DNA of 64,000 nucleotides from Alphaproteobacteria bacterium (GCA_046348585.1 JAXMDZ010000005.1:60244-124243); one strand, 5' to 3'. Shown: positions 8,508 to 20,099, counted from the first letter of the stretch. Notes: a model not told the origin generated them from the sequence alone. Translations and numbers: made by a program.

Positions 8508-10883
8508 CTAGTAAAGCCCGCCGGTGCCGGTCGAGACGTCCTCGGGGTCCGGCGGCGGAGCCTCCTCGGCCGGGTAGTCCGCCTCGTCGGCGCCGGCCGT
8601 GTTGGCTTCCTTGGAATCCGGGTCGGTGCCGAGCTTGAACGGCTCCATGATCGCGCCGGGGTCGTCGGCGGAGGTCGGGCGGCCCGAGACGGCGTTGACC
8701 CGCATCATCACCACGCCCGGCGGGGTGCGCAGCGGCAACGCCCCGGTTTCGGGCAAGACCTGTTCGAAGATGTCGGCGACGATCGGGGCGACCACGGTGC
8801 CGCCGAAGCTGCCGCGGCGCAGCGGCTTGGGCTGGTCGTAGCCGACATAGGCGGCGACGATGAGGTCGGCGGTGAAGCCGATGAACCACACGTCGCGGGC
8901 GTCGTTGGTGGTGCCGGTCTTGCCGCCGATCGGGTAGTCCTTCAGGTTCTTGAAGGCGTTGCGCGCGGTGCCGCGCTGGACGACGCCCTGAAGGATGTTG
9001 GCGATCTGGAAGCCGGTGCGGGGGTCGAACTCCTCGCGGCCGATTTCGGGGAGCAGCGGTTCTTCCTGATTGGCCCAGCCGTTGGGGGCGTAGCAGCCCT
9101 CGCACGAGCGGTCGTCGTGGCGGAAGATCGTCTTGCCGTAGCGGTCCTGGATGCGGTCGATGATGGTCGGCGGCACGACGCGGCCGCCGTTGAGGAAGGT
9201 CGCATAGCCGCCGGCCATCTTGATGACCGTGGTTTCGGCGGCGCCGAGCGCGTTGGCGAGCACCGGGTCGATCTTGTCATAGACCCCTGCCCGCTTCACC
9301 CGGTCCACCACCGCCTTCATGCCGATGTCGTAGGCGAGGCGGACGGTCATCAGGTTGCGGCTCTTTTCCAGGCCCTGACGCAGCGTGGCGAGGCCGAGAT
9401 AGCGGCCGTCCGAGTTCTGCGGGTGCCAGACGCGGCCATTGCCCATCGGCAGCGAGATCGGACCGTCGAGCACGAGGCTGGAGGGCGTGTAGCCGTTGTC
9501 GAGCGCGGTCGCATAGACGAACGGCTTGAAGGACGAGCCCGTCTGGCGCATCGCCTGCGTCGCCCGGTTGAAGACGCTGGCGTAGTAGGAGAAGCCGCCG
9601 ACCAGCGCGAGCACGCGGCTGGAGTGCGGATCGAGGATGACGAGGCCGCCGTTGATCTCGGGGATCTGGCGCAGATTGTAGCCGCCGTCCTTGCCCGCCT
9701 CGACATAGATGACGTCGCCGGGCTTGGCCTTGGCGACGCCGGAGAGCTTGCGGCCGGCTTCCGACACGGTGCCGGTCGTCCCGTCGGTGAAGCCGACCGT
9801 CCAGTCGCTGCCGGTGTCCTGGATGACGGCGATGCGCCAGCCGGTGACGTCGCGCGCCGCCGGGATCGCATCCAGCCGCTTCTCCCAGCCCGCGCCCAGT
9901 TCGATCTCGGCGACCGGGCCGTGCCAGCCCGAAGCGCGGTCGTAGCGCTGAAGCCCGACGCGGAAGGCGTTGAGGGCGATCGACTGGTATTTGGAGTCGA
10001 GCGTCGTACGGACCGAGAGACCGCCGGTGTAGAGCTTTTCCTCGCCGTAGCGGTTGGTGATGACGCGGCGCGCCTCCTCGGCGAAATACTGCGCGTCCTC
10101 GTAACGGGTGCCGAGCGGGCGGAAGGTGACGACCAGATCTTCCTTCTTCGCCTTCTCGCCGTCGGCCTTGGAGACGTAGCCGACCTCGATCATCTGATCG
10201 ATGACGTAGTTGCGGCGGTCGAGCGCGCGCTGCTTCTGGGTGATCGGGTGGTAGTTCGACGGCGCCTTGGGCAGCGCCGCGAGATAGGCGGCTTCCTGGA
10301 TGGTCAGCTCGTCCAGCGACTTGTCGAAATAGTTGAGCGCCGCCGCGGCGACGCCGTAGGAGTTCTGACCGAGGAAGATCTGGTTGAGGTAAAGCTCGAG
10401 GATCTTGTCCTTCGAGAAGGTCGCCTCAAGCCGCATGGCAAGGAGAATTTCCTTGATCTTGCGGATGTAGCTGACGTCCTGGGTGAAGAAGAAGTTGCGC
10501 GCCACCTGCTGGGTGATGGTCGAGGCGCCTTCGGGGCGCTTGTCGTCGCCCGCGTTCATGTTGGCGATGAGGGCGCGCAGGATGCCGGTCGGGTCGAAGC
10601 CGGGGTGCAGGTAGAAGTTCTTGTCCTCGGCCGCGATGAAGGCGTTCTTGACCAGCGGCGGGATGTCGTCGATCGGCACGAACAGCCGGCGTTCCTTGGC
10701 GAACTCGGCGATCAGCGTGCCGTCATAGGCATGGACGCGGGTGGTGACCGGCGGCTCGTAATTGGCGAGCGTTTCGGTGTCGGGGAGGTCGCTCGACAGC
10801 CACCAGAGCGCAAGGCCGGCCGCAAGCGCGCCGATCCCGATGATCGTCAGCACCGAGACGAAGAAGAACCGCAAAAACCGCAT
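8508..10883 (-). CDS. mrcA: Penicillin-binding protein 1A (bifunctional transglycosylase/transpeptidase)
   Basis: AAEDKNFY, GASTITQQVARN, RKIKE transglycosylase motifs; SSFK, SRN, KTGT transpeptidase motifs. Confidence 0.93.
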   Translation of the reverse strand: MRFLRFFFVSVLTIIGIGALAAGLALWWLSSDLPDTETLANYEPPVTTRVHAYDGTLIAEFAKERRLFVPIDDIPPLVKNAFIAAEDKNFYLHPGFDPTGILRALIANMNAGDDKRPEGASTITQQVARNFFFTQDVSYIRKIKEILLAMRLEATFSKDKILELYLNQIFLGQNSYGVAAAALNYFDKSLDELTIQEAAYLAALPKAPSNYHPITQKQRALDRRNYVIDQMIEVGYVSKADGEKAKKEDLVVTFRPLGTRYEDAQYFAEEARRVITNRYGEEKLYTGGLSVRTTLDSKYQSIALNAFRVGLQRYDRASGWHGPVAEIELGAGWEKRLDAIPAARDVTGWRIAVIQDTGSDWTVGFTDGTTGTVSEAGRKLSGVAKAKPGDVIYVEAGKDGGYNLRQIPEINGGLVILDPHSSRVLALVGGFSYYASVFNRATQAMRQTGSSFKPFVYATALDNGYTPSSLVLDGPISLPMGNGRVWHPQNSDGRYLGLATLRQGLEKSRNLMTVRLAYDIGMKAVVDRVKRAGVYDKIDPVLANALGAAETTVIKMAGGYATFLNGGRVVPPTIIDRIQDRYGKTIFRHDDRSCEGCYAPNGWANQEEPLLPEIGREEFDPRTGFQIANILQGVVQRGTARNAFKNLKDYPIGGKTGTTNDARDVWFIGFTADLIVAAYVGYDQPKPLRRGSFGGTVVAPIVADIFEQVLPETGALPLRTPPGVVMMRVNAVSGRPTSADDPGAIMEPFKLGTDPDSKEANTAGADEADYPAEEAPPPDPEDVSTGTGGLY

Positions 10884-11018
10884 CGAGAACCCTGGCGCGC
10901 CCGCAAATCGCTTGTACCGCAATTCTACATAGGAAGAGCGGCGATAACTATGGCGGTTTTGCGGTCGCCCGGCTGTAGGGGGCGGCGGCCGGGGTAGCGG
11001 CGGTCAGGGGCGCGGCGG

Positions 11019-12236
11019 TCAGTGGCCGGTTTCGGCGACGCTCGACATGCGCTCGTAATAGCCGTCGACCGCGCGGGCGATGGCGGCCGCCGTCGAGGCC
11101 CGCCATTTGGGCGAGGTCAGGCGGGATTCGTCGGTGTCGTTCGACAGGAAGCCGAGTTCGATCAGGACGCTCGGCACGTCCGGCGCCTTGAGGACGCGGA
11201 AGCCGGCGAAACGGTGCGGCTTGGAGATCAGGCCGGTCTGGCGTTCCAGCTGCGGCAGCAGAAGCTGCGCGAAGGTCGAGGAGCGGTTCTTGGTCTCGCG
11301 CTGGGCGAGGTCGATGAGGATCGTGCCGACCTCGTCGTTGCCCGACAGATCGACGCCCGAGATGATGTCGGCGGCGTTTTCGGAGCGCTCCAGCTCGGCC
11401 GCCACGCTGTCCGAAGCGGTTTCCGACAAGGTGTACACCGAGGCCCCGTGGACCGAGGCATCGCTGACCGAGTCGGCGTGCAGGGAGATGAAAAGGTCGG
11501 CCTTGGCCGCCCGGCCCGCCCGCACGCGGTCCTTCAGGGTGATGAAATTGTCGTCGTCGCGGACCAGCACGACCTGATAGTCGGCGCGCGTTTCGAGTTC
11601 GGCCTTGAGGGCCTCGGCCGCCTTCAGGACCACGTCCTTTTCGAGCGTGCCCGAAGCGCCGGACGCGCCGGGATCGACGCCGCCATGGCCGGCGTCGATG
11701 GCGATGACGAACTGGCCGTCATGGCTGTCGATGGGCTGGGATTCGACCGCCTCGTCGATGGGCGGTTCGGGCGGAGCGCCCGACTCGTCGTCGGGCCAGC
11801 CGGCGGCGGCGATGAAATCGGCCTCGTCGGCCGGGACGATGTCGAGGACCAGCCGGGCGGGCTTGCCGTCGGCGGCCGGCATCACGAAGTCCGTTTCCAC
11901 CATCGCGGGCGCGGCGAGATCGAGAACGATTCGCGACTTACCCTTGCGGAAAACGCCGTAGCGGAAGCCGGTGACGAGGCCCGCCCCGCCGAGACCGGCC
12001 TTGGGCGGAAGCTGCCAGTCCATCTCGGGCAGTTCGACGACGATGCGATTCGGGCCGGCGAGGAAGAACACGCGGTAGTCGACCGCCTCGGTCATTTCGA
12101 GGACGAAGCGGGTGTGTTCGGTGTGTTCGCCGAGGCGCGCATTGGTCGCCACGACCTCCGCGCGGGCAGCGCCCGGCAGGGCCGCGCCCGCCACGAGCGC
12201 CACCAGAACGGCGAAAAAACCGCGCCAGACTGACAT
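11019..12236 (-). CDS. amiC: N-acetylmuramoyl-L-alanine amidase with AMIN domain
   Basis: IAIDAGHGGVDPGA, EKD, FISLHAD, SVLIELGFLSN; N-terminal signal peptide and AMIN-like region. Confidence 0.9.
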   Translation of the reverse strand: MSVWRGFFAVLVALVAGAALPGAARAEVVATNARLGEHTEHTRFVLEMTEAVDYRVFFLAGPNRIVVELPEMDWQLPPKAGLGGAGLVTGFRYGVFRKGKSRIVLDLAAPAMVETDFVMPAADGKPARLVLDIVPADEADFIAAAGWPDDESGAPPEPPIDEAVESQPIDSHDGQFVIAIDAGHGGVDPGASGASGTLEKDVVLKAAEALKAELETRADYQVVLVRDDDNFITLKDRVRAGRAAKADLFISLHADSVSDASVHGASVYTLSETASDSVAAELERSENAADIISGVDLSGNDEVGTILIDLAQRETKNRSSTFAQLLLPQLERQTGLISKPHRFAGFRVLKAPDVPSVLIELGFLSNDTDESRLTSPKWRASTAAAIARAVDGYYERMSSVAETGH

Positions 12237-12737
12237 TGCCGGCCGACCTTCTGTCGTCACCGAACGCTCCACCATTCGCTCAACACGCTGTTTATCCAGA
12301 ACTATAGCATGGTTGTCTTGCCTTACCGTTACTGCCGCACCCCGGCCGGCCCCCAAAGGAACAGGTTGCGTACGCGCCGCCGGTGCCGCTACATAGTCGC
12401 ATCGATCCTTCGGGGTCGCCCCCAGGCGGGAAGCCCGGGCCCAGGCGACTGACCCAATTTCCCCTCCTGATGCCGGCGGCCTCGTCGCGGACGAACAGGC
12501 GCGTGCCAGAGGGGCTTCCCGATGGCGAGGCCTGGCCCAAGCAACTGCCCGAGCGCCCCGACAAGGCGCGGAGCCTGATCTTCATGCGCGCAGCGCGGCT
12601 GAACATAGACGCACGGAGCCCCGGCTCCCGTCCGGCCAGCATTGCCGTACCGTCATCAACCTATATCGAGCCGGACCGCCACTTCGGACCCGCAGCGCCC
12701 TCGGCGCGCGGATCGCGGCCGCTCCCAGGAGTCTTCC

Positions 12738-15700
12738 ATGTCAAAGCGTATGCTGATCGACGCCTCCCACCCGGAGGAGACGCGCGTCGTCATCGTCTCG
12801 GGTAACCGGGTCGAGGAATTCGATTTCGAATCCGCTTCAAGAAAGCCCCTTAAGGGCAACATTTTCCTTGCAAAAGTGACGCGCGTCGAGCCGTCGCTTC
12901 AGGCCGCCTTCATCGAGTATGGCGGCAACCGCCACGGCTTCCTGGCGTTCAGCGAAATCCATCCCGACTATTATCAGATCCCGGTCGCCGACCGTCAGGC
13001 GCTGCTCGCCGCCCAGCGCGCCGAGGAACGCTACCAGCAGCACGACGAGGAGCGGGCCGACCGCGCCGCCAAGACCGCCGAGGCTGCCCAGCCCGCCGAA
13101 GCGCCCGAGGCCATCCCGGCCGGCGAGACCGATCCCCTGCCCGTCTTCGACACCGCCGCCGACGACGCGGCCGCCGTCGCGGCGGCGTTCGAGGAGGTCG
13201 ATATCGCGCCCGAGGCGCTGGCCGACCTGCCGCCCGAAGACCCGATCTACATCGCCCCCACGCCCGCCGGGGACGAGCGCGCGGCCTCCGGCGGCGAGGA
13301 AGCCGGCGACCCGGTCGCGTCCGCCTTCGAGGAAGACGGGCGCGAGAGCGACGAGGACGGCGACTCGCATGTCGAGGAAGTGGTCGCCGAGCGGGTCGAG
13401 GCGGAGATCGTCAGTTCCGGCGACGACGACGCCATGGACGAGGTCGAGCCGCGCCGCCCCAGCGGGCGCTCGATGCGCCAGTACAAGATCCAGGAAGTCA
13501 TCAAGAAGCGGCAGATCCTGCTGATCCAGGTGGTCAAGGAGGAGCGCGGCAACAAGGGCGCGGCGCTGACGACCTATCTGTCGCTCGCCGGGCGCTATTG
13601 CGTGCTGATGCCGAACAGCGGCCGGGGCGGCGGGATTTCCCGCAAGATCACCAATTCGGCCGACCGCCGCCGCCTTAAGGACGCCGCCGAAAGCCTTGAT
13701 GTACCTGAAGGAATGGGCCTGATCGTCCGGACGGCGGGAGCCAGCCGGACCAAGCAGGAAATCCAGCGCGACTACGAATATCTGCTGCGCCTGTGGGACT
13801 CGATCCGCGAGCTGACGCTGCGCTCGACCGCCCCCGCCCTCGTCTATGAGGAAGGCAACCTCATCAAGCGGGCGATCCGCGACCAGTTCTCGCGCGACAT
13901 CGAGGAAATCGTGGTCGAGGGCGAGGAAGGCTTCGCCGAGGCCCAGGCCTTCACCAAGATGATCATGCCGCAGCAGGTCGATTCCGTGCGCCTGCACGAC
14001 GGCCGCCCGCCGCTGTTCCAGAAATACAAGGTCGAGAGCCAGCTCGACTCGATGTTCAATCCCCGGGTCCAGCTGAAATCCGGCGGCTACATCATCATCA
14101 ACCAGACCGAGGCGCTGGTTTCGATCGACGTGAACTCGGGCCGTTCGACCCGCGAGCACAATATCGAGGACACCGCCTACAAGACGAACCTGGAAGCCGC
14201 CGAGGAAGTCGCCCGGCAGCTGCGCCTGCGCGACCTCGCGGGCCTCATCGTCATCGACTTCATCGACATGGAGGAAGGCCGCAACGACCGCGCGGTCGAG
14301 CGCCGCCTCAAGGAATGCCTCAAGCACGACCGGGCGCGCATCCAGGTCGGGCGGATTTCGCCCTTCGGCCTGCTGGAAATGTCGCGCCAGCGGCTGCGTC
14401 CGGGCATGGTCGAAGGCTCGACCGTCACCTGCCCGCACTGCAACGGCACCGGCCTCATCCGCTCGGTGGAAAGCCTTGCCCTGAGGGCGCTGCGTCAGGT
14501 CGAGGAAGAGACCCACAACGCCCGGGTCGAGGGCGTCACCGTGCGCCTGCCGACCGAGGTCGCCGTCTATATCTTCAATCACAAGCGCGCCGACATCCAG
14601 GCGATGGAGGATCGGCTCGGCATCTCGATCTTCCTGGAGGCCAAGCCCGACATGTTCGGGGCTGATTGCGACGTCGAGCTGGGTGCGCCGAACGGCGCGC
14701 GCCCCCGCCGTACGGCGGTCAGCGCCGCCGTTTCGGCCGAAACCGCGCTCGCGCAGATGCCGGAAGCCGATTTCACGGTCGAGGAAGAGCCCCAGGACGA
14801 CGGCACGGACGCCGACGAGGACGAGGCCGGCGAGACCGCCCGCGCCGAGCGCCAGCCGCGTGACGGCGAGCGCGGCGGCCGGGGCCGCCGCCGCCGCGGT
14901 CGCGGCCGCGATCGCGACCGCACCGACCGTCCGCGCGAGCGCCAGGACGGCGTCGAGGCCGCGGCCGACCCGATTCCGGTGATCGAGCCGGACGGCGAAA
15001 CCGGCGAGGGCGAAGGCCCCGCGCCGCTGGAGCACAGCGCCGGACCCGAAGGCGCGCGCGACGGCGGCGAGCGCCGCCGCCGCCGCCGTGGCCGCCGTGG
15101 CGGCCGCCGCAACGGCCGTCCCGAGGGCGGCCTGCCGGGCGAAGCCGGTTCCGCCGCCGAGTTCGACGGCGGCGACGACGAGGGCGAGAGCGAGAGCGAC
15201 GGCGAGACGAACGTCGCCGCCGCCGCGACGCCGCCCGCCGCCGATCCGTCGGCCGCCGCCAAGCCCGAGCGCAAATCGCCGGCGGCGGCGATCGCCCGCT
15301 TCTTCGGCTTCGGACCCAAGCCGGAGGCGCGGACCGAACCCCGGGCCGAAGCCCGCACCGAAACGCGCCCCCTGGCCGCGCCGGATGCCGTCGAACCGAA
15401 GGCCGAACCCGCGCCGGTCGCCGCGCAGCCCGAGCCGGAGCCGGTGAGCGCGCCTGCGCCCGTGCCGAGCGAACCGGAACCGGTCGCCGCGATGCCCGAA
15501 CCGGTCGCTGCGCCGCAGCCCGAGCCGGTCGCCGCCGCGCCTGTCGCCGCGCCGCCGGCCGAGTCCGCCGCCAGCCTGCCCGAGCCGGTCGCGCCCGAGC
15601 CGCCGGCGGCCGAACCCGTCGCCGAGACGCCGGAGCCCGAACCGGAGCGGCCCGCACCTCCGCTGGTGCCCGAGCTTCCCGAGAAGGTCGAGGTCGTGGT

Positions 15701-15761
15701 GGTCGGCGAAGCGCCCTCCGGTCCGGCCAAGGCCGGCTGGTGGAAGAAGCGCGAAGGCTGA
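12738..15761 (+). CDS. rne: Ribonuclease E
   Basis: MSKRMLIDA, S1 domain with acidic insertion, KEERGNKGAALTTYLSLAGRY, IDVNSG, CPHC Zn-link, long Arg/Glu/Pro-rich C-terminal tail ending GWW; AGGAG RBS. Confidence 0.96.
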   Translation: MSKRMLIDASHPEETRVVIVSGNRVEEFDFESASRKPLKGNIFLAKVTRVEPSLQAAFIEYGGNRHGFLAFSEIHPDYYQIPVADRQALLAAQRAEERYQQHDEERADRAAKTAEAAQPAEAPEAIPAGETDPLPVFDTAADDAAAVAAAFEEVDIAPEALADLPPEDPIYIAPTPAGDERAASGGEEAGDPVASAFEEDGRESDEDGDSHVEEVVAERVEAEIVSSGDDDAMDEVEPRRPSGRSMRQYKIQEVIKKRQILLIQVVKEERGNKGAALTTYLSLAGRYCVLMPNSGRGGGISRKITNSADRRRLKDAAESLDVPEGMGLIVRTAGASRTKQEIQRDYEYLLRLWDSIRELTLRSTAPALVYEEGNLIKRAIRDQFSRDIEEIVVEGEEGFAEAQAFTKMIMPQQVDSVRLHDGRPPLFQKYKVESQLDSMFNPRVQLKSGGYIIINQTEALVSIDVNSGRSTREHNIEDTAYKTNLEAAEEVARQLRLRDLAGLIVIDFIDMEEGRNDRAVERRLKECLKHDRARIQVGRISPFGLLEMSRQRLRPGMVEGSTVTCPHCNGTGLIRSVESLALRALRQVEEETHNARVEGVTVRLPTEVAVYIFNHKRADIQAMEDRLGISIFLEAKPDMFGADCDVELGAPNGARPRRTAVSAAVSAETALAQMPEADFTVEEEPQDDGTDADEDEAGETARAERQPRDGERGGRGRRRRGRGRDRDRTDRPRERQDGVEAAADPIPVIEPDGETGEGEGPAPLEHSAGPEGARDGGERRRRRRGRRGGRRNGRPEGGLPGEAGSAAEFDGGDDEGESESDGETNVAAAATPPAADPSAAAKPERKSPAAAIARFFGFGPKPEARTEPRAEARTETRPLAAPDAVEPKAEPAPVAAQPEPEPVSAPAPVPSEPEPVAAMPEPVAAPQPEPVAAAPVAAPPAESAASLPEPVAPEPPAAEPVAETPEPEPERPAPPLVPELPEKVEVVVVGEAPSGPAKAGWWKKREG

Positions 15762-15930
15762 CGACGCCGGGCGCGGCGATCACCGTGCCTTGATACCGCC
15801 ACAGGCCGCGCCGATTGACTTGGCGCGGCCCCGGCTTCTAGCTAGCCCTCCCTTCGGGACGGCGTTGCGGCAAGGACGACGGGGGGCCGCACCGCCGCAT
15901 GGTTTGACAGGCGCCAATTCGGAGTTGCCC

Positions 15931-17331
15931 TTGACCCGCTTTCTGCCCCGCGCCGCCGGCGCTGTCCTCGCCGCCGCCCTCGCCTTCGCCTGGACCGGTC
16001 CGGCCTTCGCCATCTCGGTGGCACGCGATACCGAGATCGAGGAGTTCCTGTGGCACGAGGCGCGGCCGATCTTCGTCGCCGCCGGGCTCGATCCCAATGC
16101 GGTGACGATCTATCTGGTGAGCGATCCCTCGTTCAACGCCTTCGTCAGCGGCGGCCAGAACATGTTCATCTTCACCGGCCTGATCGACCAGGTGGAGAAG
16201 CCCGACCAGCTTCTGGGCGTCATCGCCCACGAGACCGGCCACATGGCGGGCGGCCACCTGTCGCGTTCCGGCGACGACGTAACCGCCGAGGCTGCGCCGT
16301 TCCTCATCACCATGCTCGCCGGTCTCGCGGCGATGCTTGCGGGCGCGGGCCAGGCCGGCATGGGCATCATCCTGGGCGCGCAGCACGCCATGCAGCGCGC
16401 GATCCTGGGCTATTCGCGCGTGCAGGAAGCCTCCGCCGATCAGGCGGCGATCACCTATCTCGACACCATCCACCGCAGCGGCGAGGGGATGCTGGAGACG
16501 TTCGAGCTGCTGGGGCAGCAGGAATTGCTGACCGCCAATATGCAGGACCCCTATGCGCGCTCGCATCCGATGTCGAGCGACCGCATCGCCTTCCTTGAGG
16601 ACCGCGTCTCCAAGTCGCCCTATCGCGACAACCGCGACTCGCCCGAGGACATCGCCCGCTTCAAGCTGATCCAGGGCAAGGTGCGCGGCTTCATGGACGA
16701 CCCGCAGACCACGCTGCGGCGCTATCCGCCCTCCGACACCAGCGGCGAGGCGCGCTATGCCCGCGCCGTCGCCTATTACCGCGCGGCCGAATTCGGCTCC
16801 GCCAACCGCGAGATCGACAGCCTCATCGCCGAGGCGGGCGACAATCCCTATTTCTGGGAACTGAAGGGACAGATCCTCGCCGAGGCGCGCGACTTCCGCG
16901 CCGCGGCGCAGGCCTTTGAGAAGTCGGTGGCGCTGAAGCCCAAGGCCCCGCTGCTTCAGGTCAATCTCGGTGCGACTCTGGTGGCGCTGGAAGACCCCAA
17001 GCTGCTGCCCGAGGCGCGCGACACGCTGGAAGACGCGCTGCGCCGCGATCCCACCAACGCCTTCGCCTGGCTCCAGCTTTCCTTCGCCTACGACCATCTC
17101 GGCAACGAAGGCATGGCGGCGCTCGCCATGGCCGAACAGCGCTTCAACATGGGCGAATACGGCGACGCCATCCGCTTCGCCGCGCGCGCCAAGAAACTCC
17201 TGCCCGCCGGATCGCGCGAGGCCAATCGCGCCGACGACATCATCGTCATCGCCGAAGCCCAGGAACCCGACGAAGACGATCGCGGCGGTCGCGGCCGTCT
17301 GTCCATCGAAACGAACCTGACAGAGAAGTGA
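15931..17331 (+). CDS. M48 family metalloprotease with TPR (BepA/YfgC-like); start uncertain (TTG)
   Basis: NAFV, HETGH zinc motif, [19 protein letters not shown]-like helices. Confidence 0.87.
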   Translation: MTRFLPRAAGAVLAAALAFAWTGPAFAISVARDTEIEEFLWHEARPIFVAAGLDPNAVTIYLVSDPSFNAFVSGGQNMFIFTGLIDQVEKPDQLLGVIAHETGHMAGGHLSRSGDDVTAEAAPFLITMLAGLAAMLAGAGQAGMGIILGAQHAMQRAILGYSRVQEASADQAAITYLDTIHRSGEGMLETFELLGQQELLTANMQDPYARSHPMSSDRIAFLEDRVSKSPYRDNRDSPEDIARFKLIQGKVRGFMDDPQTTLRRYPPSDTSGEARYARAVAYYRAAEFGSANREIDSLIAEAGDNPYFWELKGQILAEARDFRAAAQAFEKSVALKPKAPLLQVNLGATLVALEDPKLLPEARDTLEDALRRDPTNAFAWLQLSFAYDHLGNEGMAALAMAEQRFNMGEYGDAIRFAARAKKLLPAGSREANRADDIIVIAEAQEPDEDDRGGRGRLSIETNLTEK

Positions 17332-17333
17332 CC

Positions 17334-18071
17334 ATGCGCCTCATCACCCTCCTCCGCGCCGCCGGCGCCGCGACGATCCTGGCCGCCGCCGCCGTGCCGG
17401 CCGCTTCGGCCGAGATGGACCGCGCCGAAGTCGAAAAGATCGTCCGCGAATACCTGCTGGCGAACCCGGAGATCCTCAACGAGATGATCGCCGAACTGCA
17501 GGCGCGCGAGCAGACCTCGGCGGCCGAGAAGGCGAAGACCGGCATCGCCGAGAACAAGGACGCGCTGTTCCACGACGGCTATTCCTATGTCGCGGGCAAT
17601 CCGAACGGCGACGTGACGCTGGTCGAGTTCTTCGACTATCGCTGCGGCTATTGCCGCAAGGTGCGCCCCGAACTGGTGACGCTGATGGAGCAGGACGGCG
17701 GCGTGCGGCTGATCCTCAAGGAGTTCCCGATCCTCAGCCCGACCTCGCACGAAGCCTCGAAGGCGGCGATCGCCTCGATGAACCAGGGCGGCGATCTCTA
17801 CTGGAAGTTCCATCAGGCGATGTTGGCGGCCGACGGGCTGGACAGCCCGACGATCTACGACATCGCGGCCGATGTCGGCCTCGACGTCGAGCGGCTGAAG
17901 AAGGACATGGAAGATCCTTCCGTCGAGCAGAAGATCGCGCAGAACCACGAACTGGCCGAGAAGCTGGGCGTCGACGGCACCCCGGCCTTCATCATCGGCG
18001 ACAAGCTCTATCCCGGCGCGCTCGGCGTCGACGAGATGAAGGAGCTGGTCGCCGCGCAGCGCGGCGGCTGA
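17334..18071 (+). CDS. DsbA family thiol:disulfide oxidoreductase
   Basis: [10 protein letters not shown] active site, GTPAF cis-Pro loop, signal peptide. Confidence 0.9.
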   Translation: MRLITLLRAAGAATILAAAAVPAASAEMDRAEVEKIVREYLLANPEILNEMIAELQAREQTSAAEKAKTGIAENKDALFHDGYSYVAGNPNGDVTLVEFFDYRCGYCRKVRPELVTLMEQDGGVRLILKEFPILSPTSHEASKAAIASMNQGGDLYWKFHQAMLAADGLDSPTIYDIAADVGLDVERLKKDMEDPSVEQKIAQNHELAEKLGVDGTPAFIIGDKLYPGALGVDEMKELVAAQRGG

Positions 18072-18196
18072 CGGGCGGACGATCAGGGACCGGTCCTCCG
18101 CGCTCGCCCGCGTGGACGGCGGACCGGTCCGGGCGATCGGAGCCGCGAACAGGCATTCGGCCGGAGCGTCCGGCCCGAATACGAAGGGAGTGCGCC

Positions 18197-18520
18197 ATGC
18201 TGGTCACCACGGCCAACGAACTCGCCGGCTACAGGATCGTCAGACAGCTCGGCGTGGTCCGCGGCCTCACCGTCCGTTCGCGCAGCATCCTCGGCAATAT
18301 CGGCGGCGCGTTTCAGGCATTCTTCGGCGGCAACATCACCGTCTATTCGCATCTGGCCGAAACGGCGCGCCAGCAGGCCTACGACCTGCTCGTCCAGAAC
18401 GCGCGGGAGGCCGGCGCAAACGCCATCGTCGCCATGCGCTATGACGCCAACGAGATCATGGCGGGCATCACCGAAGTGCTCGCCTACGGCACCGCAGTGG
18501 CGGTCGAGCCGGCGGCCTAG
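18197..18520 (+). CDS. YbjQ/UPF0145 family protein
   Basis: [12 protein letters not shown]...[11 protein letters not shown]...EVLAYGTAV. Confidence 0.88.
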   Translation: MLVTTANELAGYRIVRQLGVVRGLTVRSRSILGNIGGAFQAFFGGNITVYSHLAETARQQAYDLLVQNAREAGANAIVAMRYDANEIMAGITEVLAYGTAVAVEPAA

Positions 18521-19311
18521 ATCAGCCCGGCGAGCGGGCTGGAGGGATCGGCGTACATCTTCCTGGCCATGCGGCCCGCGCGATAGGCTTCGCGCCCCGC
18601 GATGACGGCGTGCTTCATCGCGCTCGCCATGAGCACCGGGTTCTTGGCCTCGGCGATGGCGGTGTTCATCAGCACGCCGGCGCAGCCCAGCTCCATCGCC
18701 ACCGCCGCGTCGCTCGCCGTGCCGACGCCCGCATCGACCAGCACCGGCACCTTCGACTGCTCGACGATGAGGCGGATATTGACCGGGTTCTGGATGCCCA
18801 GGCCCGAGCCGATGGGCGCGGCGAGCGGCATGACGGCGACCGCGCCCGCGTCCTCGCAGCGCTTCGCCATCAGCGGATCGTCGCTGCAATAGACCATCAC
18901 CTCGAAGCCGTCGCGGCTGAGGATCTCGGTCGCCCGCAGCGTCTCGATCATGTCGGGGTAGAGCGTCTTGCGGTCGCCGAGGACTTCGAGCTTCACCAGA
19001 CTCCAGCCGCCCGCCTCGCGCGCCAGGCGCAGCGTGCGCATCGCTTCCTCGCCGGTGTAGCAGCCGGCCGTGTTGGGCAGGTAGGTCACCTTCTTCGGGT
19101 CAATGAAATCGACCAGCATCGGCTCGTTGGGGTTGGAGAGGTTGACCCGCCGCACCGCGACGGTGACGATCTCCGCCCCGCTCGCTTTCAGCGCGTCGGC
19201 GTTCTCCTGATAGTCCCGGTACTTGCCGGTGCCGATGATGAGCCGCGAGCGGAAAGTCCGCCCCGCCACGCTCCAGCCGTCTTCCGAAACCGTCACTGTT
19301 CGTCCTTCCAT
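18517..19311 (-). CDS. thiG: Thiazole synthase (alternative GTG start at 19296)
   Basis: [44 protein letters not shown]. Confidence 0.95.
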   Translation of the reverse strand: MEGRTVTVSEDGWSVAGRTFRSRLIIGTGKYRDYQENADALKASGAEIVTVAVRRVNLSNPNEPMLVDFIDPKKVTYLPNTAGCYTGEEAMRTLRLAREAGGWSLVKLEVLGDRKTLYPDMIETLRATEILSRDGFEVMVYCSDDPLMAKRCEDAGAVAVMPLAAPIGSGLGIQNPVNIRLIVEQSKVPVLVDAGVGTASDAAVAMELGCAGVLMNTAIAEAKNPVLMASAMKHAVIAGREAYRAGRMARKMYADPSSPLAGLI

Positions 19312-19336
19312 GCCGAGTCCGGGCCCGGCCTTCCCG

Positions 19337-19543
19337 TCAGCCGCCGCCGATGAAGCGCACGATCTCGTAGCGGTCGCCGTCCGCGACCGCGACCTCGCCA
19401 TAGGTCGAGCGGGGCACGATTTCGAGGTTGCGCTCCACCGCCACCTTGCCGCCGTCGAGGCCGAGCGCCGCCAGCAGCCCGGCGAGCGTCAGCGGCCCCT
19501 CCAGGGCGCGCGGCTCGCCGTTGATGATGATCTCGATCGGCAC
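19337..19543 (-). CDS. thiS: Sulfur carrier protein
   Basis: 68 aa; [11 protein letters not shown]; C-terminal EIVRFIGGG. Confidence 0.93.
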   Translation of the reverse strand: MPIEIIINGEPRALEGPLTLAGLLAALGLDGGKVAVERNLEIVPRSTYGEVAVADGDRYEIVRFIGGG

Positions 19544-19634
19544 GTCGTGCCTCCCTCAGCGCGCTTCCGCCCCCGGCAGGCGAAGGGTATAACCCCTGAC
19601 CCAACAGATGCGCCAACCCCGGCGTCCGGAGCCC

Positions 19635-20093
19635 ATGACGAAACCGATCTACATTCTGAACGGGCCCAATCTCAACCTTCTCGGCACCCGCCAGACCCAT
19701 ATCTATGGGGCGGCGACGCTGGCGGACCTCGACAAGAGGACCGCGGAAAGAGCCGGAAAAGCAGGGTTTTCGACCGTGTTCCGCCAGTCCAACCGGGAAG
19801 GCGAACTGGTCGACTGGATTCAGGAAGCGCGCGAGGCGGCCAGCGCCGTGATCGTCAACGCGGCGGCCTACAGCCATACCTCGGTCGCCATCCTGGACGC
19901 CCTTCTGGCGGTTGACCTGCCGGTCGTCGAGGTTCATCTGTCCAACATCCACCGGCGGGAGACCTTCCGCCACCATTCCTACGTCTCGGCCGCTGCGGAC
20001 GGGGTGATCGTCGGTCTGGGCGCGCAGGGCTACGAGCTCGCCGTCGATGCCGCCGTCGCCCTGGTGCAGAGCCGGGCCACAAAGGCCTCCTGA
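19635..20093 (+). CDS. aroQ: Type II 3-dehydroquinate dehydratase
   Basis: [31 protein letters not shown]. Confidence 0.95.
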   Translation: MTKPIYILNGPNLNLLGTRQTHIYGAATLADLDKRTAERAGKAGFSTVFRQSNREGELVDWIQEAREAASAVIVNAAAYSHTSVAILDALLAVDLPVVEVHLSNIHRRETFRHHSYVSAAADGVIVGLGAQGYELAVDAAVALVQSRATKAS

Positions 20094-20099
20094 CGCAGC

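Noticed and set aside
8457-10997. Very long antisense ORFs (also 19293..21974, 24050..25714, 25790..27682, 44353..46536, 57672..59621)
   Set aside because: Stop-poor shadow frames typical of ~70% GC DNA, lying opposite well-supported genes with no protein motifs
19544-19634. TPP riboswitch upstream of thiS-thiG
   Set aside because: Only about 90 bp shared with the aroQ promoter, and no CTGAGA...CCTGA core
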